From an uncultured delta proteobacterium (GTDB lineage Bacteria; Myxococcota_A; Polyangia; Polyangiales; JAFGIB01), in NCBI GenBank assembly GCA_963778655.1, contig CAVZVA010000003.1, positions 96,001 to 160,000 on the forward strand: a stretch of DNA of 64,000 bases. Reading direction: 5' to 3'. The notes below the pieces were generated by a model. The model was given only the letters and a program-made list of their open reading frames with translations. It was not told the DNA's origin and searched no databases. Shown piece after piece: positions 31,539-39,871 of the stretch (the stretch's first letter is position 1; every line of letters begins with the position of its first letter). Both the position numbers and the translations under genes were made by a program.

Positions 31539-33632
31539 ATGACCGAGCACCGCAGGGTCCAGTTCGTCGTCAAGGTCAGCAAGCACTGCAACCTTCGCTG
31601 CCGGTACTGTTACGAATACGAGGAGCTGGGCAACAAGCAGAGGATGGCGCCCGAACAGCTGGAGCGCCTGTTTGCCAACATTGCAACCTGGCACCGGCAG
31701 CTTTCGGAGCCCACGCAGGTCGAATTCGTGTGGCATGGGGGCGAGCCACTGCTGCTGCCGCCCGAGTATTTCTTTCGCGCCTTCGACGCGCAGCGCCGCG
31801 TGTTCGGGGACAACGCGCACGCGCTTCGAAACGTGGTGCAGACCAACCTGACCGTGCTCGACGACGAGCGCGTGCGGCTGCTTCGCGACGGCTTCGACGG
31901 TGTGGGCGTCTCGATCGATCTCTTCGGCGGCTTGCGGGTCAACGCGGCGGGCGAGGACTCCGTGCCGAAGGTGCTCGCGAACCTCGATCGGCTACGCAAG
32001 CAGAAGGTCGACTTCGGCTGCATCACGGTGCTGACCAGCAAGAACCTGGCAGAGATACCCAAGATCATCCGCTTCTACGACGCGTTGAAGGTTTCTTCGG
32101 TACGCATCCTGCCGTTGTTCGATGGCGCCTTCGAGGGCCAGCATCAGGGCTACGAGATCGACGAGGAGCAAGTGCTCGCCGGGCTGAAGCAGATCTTCGA
32201 GCAGCTGCTCGCCCTCGACAGCGCGGTGCGAGTCGAGCCGATCCACCAATACCTCAACCAGGTTCTGCACTACTACACGCCGGGCGCGGCGCGCCGCGTC
32301 TATGACAAGCGCAGCTGGGAGCCAATCTACGTCGTCAACCTCAACGGCGATCTCTACAGTTACGCCGAAACCTACGAGCCGGGTTTCTGTCACGGCAATC
32401 TCTTCGAGCAACCGCTGCAGCAACTGGTCGCCAGCGCCGGGCATCTTCGCGCGGTCGAAGCGGCAGAGCGCCGCATGGGCGCGCTGTGCCGGCAGTGCCG
32501 CTTCTTCGGCAGCTGCGACGGCTATCCGGTGGCCGAAGCCGCCGGGCGGCATCGCGAGGGCTATGGCGAAACCCCGAGCTGCCGCGTCGAGAAGGGCATC
32601 CACGAGTATCTGGAGCGGCGACTGAAGGAGCTCGGGGTGATCGATCCCGTCAGCTCGCGCGTGACGCTGCCGGCGCCGAAGGCTTCGTTCAAGCACATCG
32701 ACGAGCTGCCGCTGCAGCGGGAAGCACGCATCCGCTGTGAGGAGCGCGACCTCGAGGAGCTCGCGCAGCGGCTGACGCTCAGCGCGGGCACGATGTGCGC
32801 GGTCGAGCCCCCGGGCGACGGCCTGAGCTATCTCAAAGCGGCCATCGTGCCCAAGGAACCGTGGCGCCCGCTATCGGCCGAGGAGAGCAGCCTGCTGCTT
32901 TCGCCGGTCTCGGCGGACGGATGGAACGTCGGCTCCGATCTCGGAGTCTTCCGCATCCCCGACCACGTGATCGCGCCGCTCGAGCGGATCTTCGAGCAGT
33001 ACGGTACCCGCGATTGCCTGGACTCGGCCACTTACCAGGTTCACACCCATCACCCCGATTGGGATGCCGCGTATCGGGGACTGATCGAGCACCTCACCGA
33101 ACGCTATGCGCTCCGCCCCCACGAGCCGACCGTGGTTCGGCTCGCCACCGCGCCGCCGGGCATGAAGACGGTGACCAAGGACACGGTCAGGGACCGCAAC
33201 GAGCACTACTACGTCGGGATGCACCTCGACACCTGGGAGAAAATCCCACTGCTGGAGCGCCACCGGGCGCGCAACCGGATCTGCGTCAACCTCGGGCGCG
33301 AGGACCGTTACTTTCTGTTCATGAACCTCACGCTGATGAAGATGTTCGAAGCGCTCGGGCGCGAGAACCCCGCCTGCGCCGACGACTACTACGGCACCGA
33401 CCTCGGGCACGATTTCATGCGCGCGTTCCCGGGTTATCCAGTGCTCAAGCTGCGCGTGCGCCCTCGGGAAGCCTACATCGCGCCCACCGACAACCTGATC
33501 CACGACGGGACCTCGGTGGGCAAGCGCTATCCCGACATCGCGCTGCACATTCTGGGCTACTTCGGCATGACGGCCGAGCGCACCGCCGCGCCGCTGCATC
33601 CGGGGCCTGGCGCCGAGCTGGGGGCTCCCTGA
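31539..33632 (+). CDS. Radical SAM/SPASM peptide maturase fused to a C-terminal HxD...H putative non-heme-iron domain
   Basis: VVKVSKHCNLRCRYCY, WHGGEPLL, QTN, GVSID; CRQCRFFGSC...C SPASM motif; tail has GMHLDTW...NRICVNLG...RYFLF...AYIAPTDNLIHDG. Confidence 0.9.
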   Translation: MTEHRRVQFVVKVSKHCNLRCRYCYEYEELGNKQRMAPEQLERLFANIATWHRQLSEPTQVEFVWHGGEPLLLPPEYFFRAFDAQRRVFGDNAHALRNVVQTNLTVLDDERVRLLRDGFDGVGVSIDLFGGLRVNAAGEDSVPKVLANLDRLRKQKVDFGCITVLTSKNLAEIPKIIRFYDALKVSSVRILPLFDGAFEGQHQGYEIDEEQVLAGLKQIFEQLLALDSAVRVEPIHQYLNQVLHYYTPGAARRVYDKRSWEPIYVVNLNGDLYSYAETYEPGFCHGNLFEQPLQQLVASAGHLRAVEAAERRMGALCRQCRFFGSCDGYPVAEAAGRHREGYGETPSCRVEKGIHEYLERRLKELGVIDPVSSRVTLPAPKASFKHIDELPLQREARIRCEERDLEELAQRLTLSAGTMCAVEPPGDGLSYLKAAIVPKEPWRPLSAEESSLLLSPVSADGWNVGSDLGVFRIPDHVIAPLERIFEQYGTRDCLDSATYQVHTHHPDWDAAYRGLIEHLTERYALRPHEPTVVRLATAPPGMKTVTKDTVRDRNEHYYVGMHLDTWEKIPLLERHRARNRICVNLGREDRYFLFMNLTLMKMFEALGRENPACADDYYGTDLGHDFMRAFPGYPVLKLRVRPREAYIAPTDNLIHDGTSVGKRYPDIALHILGYFGMTAERTAAPLHPGPGAELGAP

Positions 33633-33642
33633 TCGGGGCGAC

Positions 33643-35595
33643 GTGGGCAGCCCGTCGGCGCGCAGCGTCCGCTACGAGATCCTGCTGTCGCGCGCGGCTC
33701 GCGGCGAAGCGAACGCGGGCGAAGCGCCGCTTCCGCCCGAGCTCCTCGATCGCGTGTACCGCGGGATCGCGGAGTGGCACGGGCAGTCCGCGCAGCCGGT
33801 GCAGGCTCGGCTGGTCTGGCACCACGAGGCCGCAGCCGGCGCAGGCTTCTACCGCGAGGCCCTCTGTCTGCAGCGCGGCCGCTTCGAGCCAACGCGGGTG
33901 GTTGCGCACAACACGCTCGCCATCGCCCCGAGCGCGCTCGGCTTCGAGCTGCTCGAGTTGTGCAGCGATGCCTCGTGCTTCGACGCGGTGGAGGCCGTGC
34001 TCGAGCCGTATTCGGCGGCGGTGGGCCCAGCGGGCGAGCTGGATTGGGAGCAGCGTACGGCGGCTGCGCTCGAGCGCCTTCGCAGCGCCGTGGGCGAGCT
34101 GAGCGGCGCGCTGCTGCTGTCCAGGACGAATCTGCACCGCGGCAGAGACATGCTGGCGTTGATCGCCCGATCACCGGTTCGGTCGTGGCGAGTGCGCTGC
34201 CCCGCTGCCACAGAGCTCGCACCCGCGGAAGTCCAGGCGGCGTTCGAACGGATGGCGGAGCTGCTGCTCGCCGGCACTCGCCAGACGCGACTGCAGCCGC
34301 TCGACGATTACGTGCAGCGCGTGCTCGACGACCACGACCCGAGCCAGCCGTGTCGCTTTCGAAGCCGCCGCAGCTGGGAGGCACGCTTCACGATCAGCGG
34401 CAACGGCGACGTGTTCGGTCCGGCTGGCGCGCGGGGCTGCGAGCCTGCGTACGGCAACCTGCTGCAGGCGTCGCTGCCCGCGATCATGAGCGGGGCCGCG
34501 CACCTCCGTGCGCTCGACGCGAGCGAACGGCGCCAGGCCGCAACGTGCTCGGCGTGTCGTTTCTACGGGAGCTGTCCCGGCGACGCGGCGGCCGACGCGA
34601 GCGTCGGGTGGCTGGCCGACGGCGCGGGCGGCTGCCCGGTGGTGCAGCCCGTGCTGGAGTCGATCGAGCGCCGGTTGGCTGCGGTCCGCTCGCCTCGTGC
34701 TGCCCCCGCGGCGCCCGGTGCCCGGCAATCGCTGCGCGCGGGCGTGCGCGTGCGCTGGCTGGGGCAAGCAGCCGAGCCCGCCGGCTCGAGGCTGATGCTG
34801 AGCGCGGGCACCTGCGCGCCCGCAGCTGGGTCGGGCCGCCGCTACCTGACCGGCGCGCTGTTGCCGCGCGCGCCCTTTCGCGAGCCAAGCGCCGAAGAAC
34901 GCACGCTGCTCGCCGTCGCGCCCGCTGGCGCCGCGGGGGCCTCGCAGCCGCCACCCGCCGAGGTCGCGATTTTCCGCGTCGCGGAGCGCGTGCTGCTTCC
35001 GCTGCGGGCGATCTGCGAGCAGTCCGGGTTGTACGCCGAGCCCCCGGCCGCCGGCGCCGACGCGCGCGCGCACCCGAATTGGCAGCACGCGCTGGACGCG
35101 CTGTTCGCCGAGCTGCAGCCGTTTTGTGCCGGACCGGAAGCGATCGAAGCCACCACGCTCTATCGGTCCGCGCCAGGGCTGCCGACCGTGACCCTGACCG
35201 ACCGCGGCAACCCCGAGCGCGAGGCCCTGGCCGGGTTGCATCTGGATAGCTGGGAGGGGAGCCCCCTACGCGCGCGGGCCTTCGTGCGAAACCGCATCGG
35301 CATCAACCTGAGCCGGCAAGAGCGCTACTTCCTGTTCGTGAATCTCCCGCTGGCCGAGATGATGCGCGCGCTCGGCCTACGCGAGGACGAGGACCTGAGC
35401 GAAGTGACGCTGTTCGCCGGCCACAAGTTCCTGCGGCGCTTTCCGGACTACCCCGTCGTCCGCCTCGCACTCGCGCCGTTCGAGGCCTATCTCGCGCCCA
35501 CCGGCAATCTCGTGCATGACGGGGCTTCGCCCACGGGCCCCCATCCGGACCTGGCGCTGCACCTCTTGGGCCACTTTTCCATTCCCGCCAGCTGA
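33643..35595 (+). CDS. Paralog of the preceding gene: degenerate radical SAM (no CxxxCxxC) + SPASM + intact HxD...H domain
   Basis: Colinear with 31539-33632; keeps CSACRFYGSC...C and GLHLDSW...NRIGINL...RYFLF...AYLAPTGNLVHDG, but lacks the SAM-cluster cysteines and GGEP. Confidence 0.85.
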   Translation: MGSPSARSVRYEILLSRAARGEANAGEAPLPPELLDRVYRGIAEWHGQSAQPVQARLVWHHEAAAGAGFYREALCLQRGRFEPTRVVAHNTLAIAPSALGFELLELCSDASCFDAVEAVLEPYSAAVGPAGELDWEQRTAAALERLRSAVGELSGALLLSRTNLHRGRDMLALIARSPVRSWRVRCPAATELAPAEVQAAFERMAELLLAGTRQTRLQPLDDYVQRVLDDHDPSQPCRFRSRRSWEARFTISGNGDVFGPAGARGCEPAYGNLLQASLPAIMSGAAHLRALDASERRQAATCSACRFYGSCPGDAAADASVGWLADGAGGCPVVQPVLESIERRLAAVRSPRAAPAAPGARQSLRAGVRVRWLGQAAEPAGSRLMLSAGTCAPAAGSGRRYLTGALLPRAPFREPSAEERTLLAVAPAGAAGASQPPPAEVAIFRVAERVLLPLRAICEQSGLYAEPPAAGADARAHPNWQHALDALFAELQPFCAGPEAIEATTLYRSAPGLPTVTLTDRGNPEREALAGLHLDSWEGSPLRARAFVRNRIGINLSRQERYFLFVNLPLAEMMRALGLREDEDLSEVTLFAGHKFLRRFPDYPVVRLALAPFEAYLAPTGNLVHDGASPTGPHPDLALHLLGHFSIPAS

Positions 35596-35626
35596 GCTAG
35601 CTCGGGTCCGTGCCGGCGCTCGGCCG

Positions 35627-36778
35627 TTACTGACACTTGTCTTTGCCGGCGGCGCTCGCGCACGCCGTCGCGTCGCCGTCGAGCGCCCGGCTGACGTAGA
35701 GAAAGCGGCATTGCAGCGAGCTCGGCTGGCTCTCGGCGGTCATCACCGCGTAGCCGGAGTTCATGCTCGCGCCGTCGAGCTGCGCGCAGCTCGCCGCGCA
35801 CTTCTCGTCGCTACCGAATACGCTGTCGAACTCGTCGGGACAACCGGCTTTGAGCAAGCGGCAATACGGCGCGCAATTGGGGGTATCGCTACCGTCGCCG
35901 CAGTGCCCGTCGCCTGTGGGGCCCGCGTGCGGGCAATGGGTGGCGGGGTCGAGCGCCGCGCTGTACGCGTGCCACTGCCGGCAGCCCACCGTGTCGGCGC
36001 TCTGCTCGGCAGTCGGGCTCTGGTCCCCGTTGAGGCCGAGATCGAGCTTGGCGCACACCTGGCGGCACTGGTCGCCGCTTTCGTAGACCGCGTGCTCGCC
36101 GGCGCACTCGGCCATCACCAGATCGCAGTAGTGGGCACAGCTCGGCGGCTGGTCCTCGGGGTCGATGCAGTAGGCCGCAGGGTGGGCAATCCTCGCGTGC
36201 GGGCAATGCGTATCCGGATCCATGGTCGCGTTGCTCACGTGAACCAGCCGGCATTGCAGCGTGTCGCCTTCGTGATTGGCGTCGGTATTAAACGTGTGGT
36301 CGTCGGCCAGACCCGCGCACGCGCTCTCGCAGTTGGGCAGTGCGTCGTTCGGGCAGACCGCCGCATACAGCGCGCAGTAGTTCTGGCAATCCGAGCCGCA
36401 CACGTCACCGCCGCCAGGTCCAGCCTGGATGCAGTAGTCCTCTTTCTCCCCGGTTTCGGCGGCGTCGCGCGCCACCGTGGCGCGGCAGGTGAGGGTGTTG
36501 CCCGTGGGCCTGTCGAACGAGGGCTGTCCGGGCGGATAGTGCTTGCAGACGCTCAGACACACCTCTTTGGAGGGATAGACTTGGTGCACGTCCGTGCAAG
36601 TGGTAGTCACCAGGTCGCAGAAGGCGCCGCAGGCGCCGCTCGAGCCCGCGTCCGCGCCCTGTCCCGCGTCTGCCGGCTCGAAGTGCCGGTGCTCGATCCC
36701 CGCAATCGTCTGACATCCCGCGGCCAGGGCGAGACCGCAGCAAGCGGCGTTCAGCGCGACGCGACCGAGGTGTTTCAA
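35627..36778 (-). CDS. Cys-rich repeat lipoprotein of unknown function
   Basis: LALAAGC lipobox; repeated TxxCR...DPxTHCPHA modules; TTG start overlaps the upstream TGA. Confidence 0.75.
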   Translation of the reverse strand: MKHLGRVALNAACCGLALAAGCQTIAGIEHRHFEPADAGQGADAGSSGACGAFCDLVTTTCTDVHQVYPSKEVCLSVCKHYPPGQPSFDRPTGNTLTCRATVARDAAETGEKEDYCIQAGPGGGDVCGSDCQNYCALYAAVCPNDALPNCESACAGLADDHTFNTDANHEGDTLQCRLVHVSNATMDPDTHCPHARIAHPAAYCIDPEDQPPSCAHYCDLVMAECAGEHAVYESGDQCRQVCAKLDLGLNGDQSPTAEQSADTVGCRQWHAYSAALDPATHCPHAGPTGDGHCGDGSDTPNCAPYCRLLKAGCPDEFDSVFGSDEKCAASCAQLDGASMNSGYAVMTAESQPSSLQCRFLYVSRALDGDATACASAAGKDKCQ

Positions 36779-37878
36779 AACGCACCTTCCAGCGTGACGC
36801 GCGCAGAACGCCCGTCGCTCGCGAAGCCAACTGCGCGCTCGGCGCCAGGCGGCGCCAAGAAATAGGTCACGATCCCGGCGGCGGCGAGCACCGCTCCGCC
36901 GATCACGAACACGTTGGCGAGCTGCGCCGCATCCTGAGCGTCTTGGGTGAGCTTGACCCCGCGCTGATCGGTGCAGGTGGCGCCTCCGCCCGGGCAGTGG
37001 TGCTTGGCGTCGTTGTTCCTCGCGATCGCGTGCAAGCCGAAGCCCGTGCCGATCCCCAGCGCGACCACGCCGGCGCCGCTGATCACCAGCCCCACGATGC
37101 GCTGCCCCGAGCCGCGACGCGGCGGCGGCGGCTGAGTAGCTCGGGCGTCCACGCCCGCCGCCTCCTTCAGCGGCGCCGGAGCCGGCGTGGGAGCCGGCGC
37201 TGCCGCAGCCTCGGAGGGCGGCGGCGCGCCTTGCGCGGCGACAGCCGGCGGCGGCGCGGGAGCCGGTGCCAGCGCGGGCACCCCCAACACGACGCTGGCG
37301 GCATTGGGCGGAACCTGCACGCTCGCCGACCACGACGTGAATCCAGAGGCGCGCGCCTCGATCCGATGGGTGCCGGGATCAACCGGCACCGGCACGCCCC
37401 ACAGCGCCGACATCACCTGCTCGCCATCCCGCAGCAGCTCTAGGCCCGGTGTCGAGCCGTTCGCCACCTTGAGTGTCAGCGTGGACAGCAATGGCTTGAG
37501 GCGCTCGGCGCGCTGGCGCCCTGCGGTTGCACGCTCGCTTTCGCCGCTTGCCGCGGCTTCCGACGCGGCCTGCCGAAACAAGGCCCACGCGCTCGCGGTG
37601 CGACCCGATTTCTCATAGCACTCGGCCAGATACAGCATGGTGCCGATGCCGCGATCGACGGCCTCACTCTGCTCGAGCTTGACGCAGGCTTCGGCGAAGC
37701 TCCCCTGGCGCATCAGCGCGAGCCCTTGGTCGAACAACGCCTCGGCTGCGGCCTTGTCGGCCGCGCTCACCTGAGCCTGAGCAGGCGGAGCCAACCCGAG
37801 AAACGCCCAGCCCACACACGCGCATAGCGCGACCAGCGTACCGCGGCGGGACGCCGCGAAGGGGCTCTGGGTGATCAT
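36775..37878 (-). CDS. TPR + PEGA-like domain protein
   Basis: Signal peptide, AEALFDQG...LAECYEKSGRTASAW TPR, VPVDPGTHRIEA, and C-terminal hydrophobic segments. Confidence 0.85.
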   Translation of the reverse strand: MITQSPFAASRRGTLVALCACVGWAFLGLAPPAQAQVSAADKAAAEALFDQGLALMRQGSFAEACVKLEQSEAVDRGIGTMLYLAECYEKSGRTASAWALFRQAASEAAASGESERATAGRQRAERLKPLLSTLTLKVANGSTPGLELLRDGEQVMSALWGVPVPVDPGTHRIEARASGFTSWSASVQVPPNAASVVLGVPALAPAPAPPPAVAAQGAPPPSEAAAAPAPTPAPAPLKEAAGVDARATQPPPPRRGSGQRIVGLVISGAGVVALGIGTGFGLHAIARNNDAKHHCPGGGATCTDQRGVKLTQDAQDAAQLANVFVIGGAVLAAAGIVTYFLAPPGAERAVGFASDGRSARVTLEGAF

Positions 37879-37933
37879 GGTGTTGGGCCTTGTAACGCTT
37901 CGAGCTGCGGAGGCCAACACCCCTCCGTCTTGG

Positions 37934-39478
37934 TTAACGGCGGCCGCCGAAGTCGGAGATCGGGACCGCGTGCTCCTCCACATTGCCGTGCCGCCGCGAG
38001 CTCGGCTCGGGTCGCTCCGGGCGCGCATGGACCGCAGAGGGGAGCTGCCGCGACAGGTCGACGCCACGGGGCAATTGCTCGGCGGCGGAAGCGGAAGAGT
38101 CCTTGGGCGGCGCCTCCGGGCGCGCCTGAGCCGAGGACCCCGCATCGGGGACTGGCTTGGCCGCAGGCGCGGCCGCGGCCTGTGAAGCTGGCTGCGCCGC
38201 GGGCTCCGCGGCCATGGACCCGGCGAGGCCAGCGTCCTGCTTGTCCTGGCCGGCGACCCCGAGCGACGGCGCGCCAGCGGGCGGCTTGGCCGGCTCCGAG
38301 CGCCGCCCGCGAACGGCCGCCCAGACCAGCCCGCCCCCGAGCCCCGCGAGCACCAGCGCGGAAATCAGCCACAGCCTCCCGCGCTGAGCCGGCTGATCGC
38401 GGGCGCGTTCTCCGGACGCGGCCCGACCGCTGGGACCGGCGTCCGCTGCGCCGGCATCCGCTGCGCCACCGGGCGCGGGCTCCGCGTCGTCGCGCGAGCC
38501 CGGAGCAAGCACGCGCGCGATCCGTGTGACCGAAACCGCGGCTTGTGCCGGCGCGAACGGCGCCAGCGCCTCGGTCAGCTCGCCCACGGTCGTGAAGCGC
38601 AGCTCGCGCTGTTTGGTGAGCGCCCGCAGCACGACCTGCTCCAGCTCGGGTGGGGCCTGGACGTCGAGTCGGGCAAACGGCATCGGGTCCGAGTGCAGCA
38701 CCGCGTTGACCAGCTGGGGGATCGAGTCGCCGCTGAACGGCGTGCGGCCGGTCAAGAGCTCGTACAGAATCGCTCCAAGCGCCCAGATGTCGGTACGCGC
38801 ATCGACGTCCTTGGACGACTCGAGCTGCTCCGGCGACATGTAAATCGGCGAGCCGATCAGCGTGGCGGTCTTGGTCAGCGTGAGATGGCTGATGCCGGCC
38901 TCCGTGAGCGACTTCGAGACTCCGAAATCGAGCACCTTGATCGCGCGCGAGCCGTCTGGGCGCTGCGCCAGGAACAGGTTCGCGGGCTTGAGATCGCGGT
39001 GCACGATCCCGGCCATGTGCGCCTCGGCCAGCGCCTCGCACGCTTGCAGCACGCTCTGGACCGCCTCCGAGACGCCGAGTCGCCCCCGGCGCATGAGCTC
39101 CTCGGAGAGATCGCAGCCATCGAGGTACTCCATGACCATGAACGGAATGCCGTCCTCCAGCGTACCGACGTCCAGCACACGGCACACGTGCTCGCTGCGG
39201 ATCCGGGCGGCGGCCCGCGCTTCACGCCGGAAACGTTCGGCCGCGCCCTCGTGATCGTGGGCGATTTGTTTCAGCAGAAACTTGATCGCAACCCGCTGCT
39301 GCAAGCCCAGGTGCCAGGCGGCCACCACCATGCCCATGCCGCCCTCGCCGAGAACCCTCTCGACGCGGTACTTCTCCGCGATGGTTTGGCCCTCGGCGAC
39401 CGGGGACGAGTTGCGCATCACGACCGCCATAGCCCCCCGCACTGCTGGGGTTGAGACGGTTTGACGGTACTCAGACAT
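37934..39478 (-). CDS. Membrane Ser/Thr protein kinase
   Basis: GEGGMG, VAIK, HRDLKPANLF, DFG and YMSPEQ, then a TM and a low-complexity tail ending DFGGRR. Confidence 0.95.
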   Translation of the reverse strand: MSEYRQTVSTPAVRGAMAVVMRNSSPVAEGQTIAEKYRVERVLGEGGMGMVVAAWHLGLQQRVAIKFLLKQIAHDHEGAAERFRREARAAARIRSEHVCRVLDVGTLEDGIPFMVMEYLDGCDLSEELMRRGRLGVSEAVQSVLQACEALAEAHMAGIVHRDLKPANLFLAQRPDGSRAIKVLDFGVSKSLTEAGISHLTLTKTATLIGSPIYMSPEQLESSKDVDARTDIWALGAILYELLTGRTPFSGDSIPQLVNAVLHSDPMPFARLDVQAPPELEQVVLRALTKQRELRFTTVGELTEALAPFAPAQAAVSVTRIARVLAPGSRDDAEPAPGGAADAGAADAGPSGRAASGERARDQPAQRGRLWLISALVLAGLGGGLVWAAVRGRRSEPAKPPAGAPSLGVAGQDKQDAGLAGSMAAEPAAQPASQAAAAPAAKPVPDAGSSAQARPEAPPKDSSASAAEQLPRGVDLSRQLPSAVHARPERPEPSSRRHGNVEEHAVPISDFGGRR

Positions 39479-39871
39479 CGTGCCCGCCCGCAACGGTCCG
39501 GGGGCCGAATTTCCGGCTCGCCGGGGCGGATGTCACGGGGCCGTGGGGTGTGCGCGGGCCGGCGGGGCCACGCTCGCCGCAAAAACGGGCCGCAGGGGCC
39601 TGCCGTCCCTGTGGGCGAGATCACTGCCGATTGACCTCGGAATCTTGATTTGATCGCGCAAGGCGCCATGCTTGAGGAACGTCGGCCCGTGTCCCGGCCC
39701 TGAGGATCCTGGGCGTCCGGGGTTAGCCCGCGCCGGGCACCGGGGCGCAGGTCTGGGACGCGTGCCCGGGGCGATGTGATTCGGCCGGTGGTTGCGACTC
39801 CGAGCTGAGGTACTCTCGTCCGCGACATTGGCCGAGCAGCGGGACTGGGTGCGCCCGGGCTCCAGGGTTCG

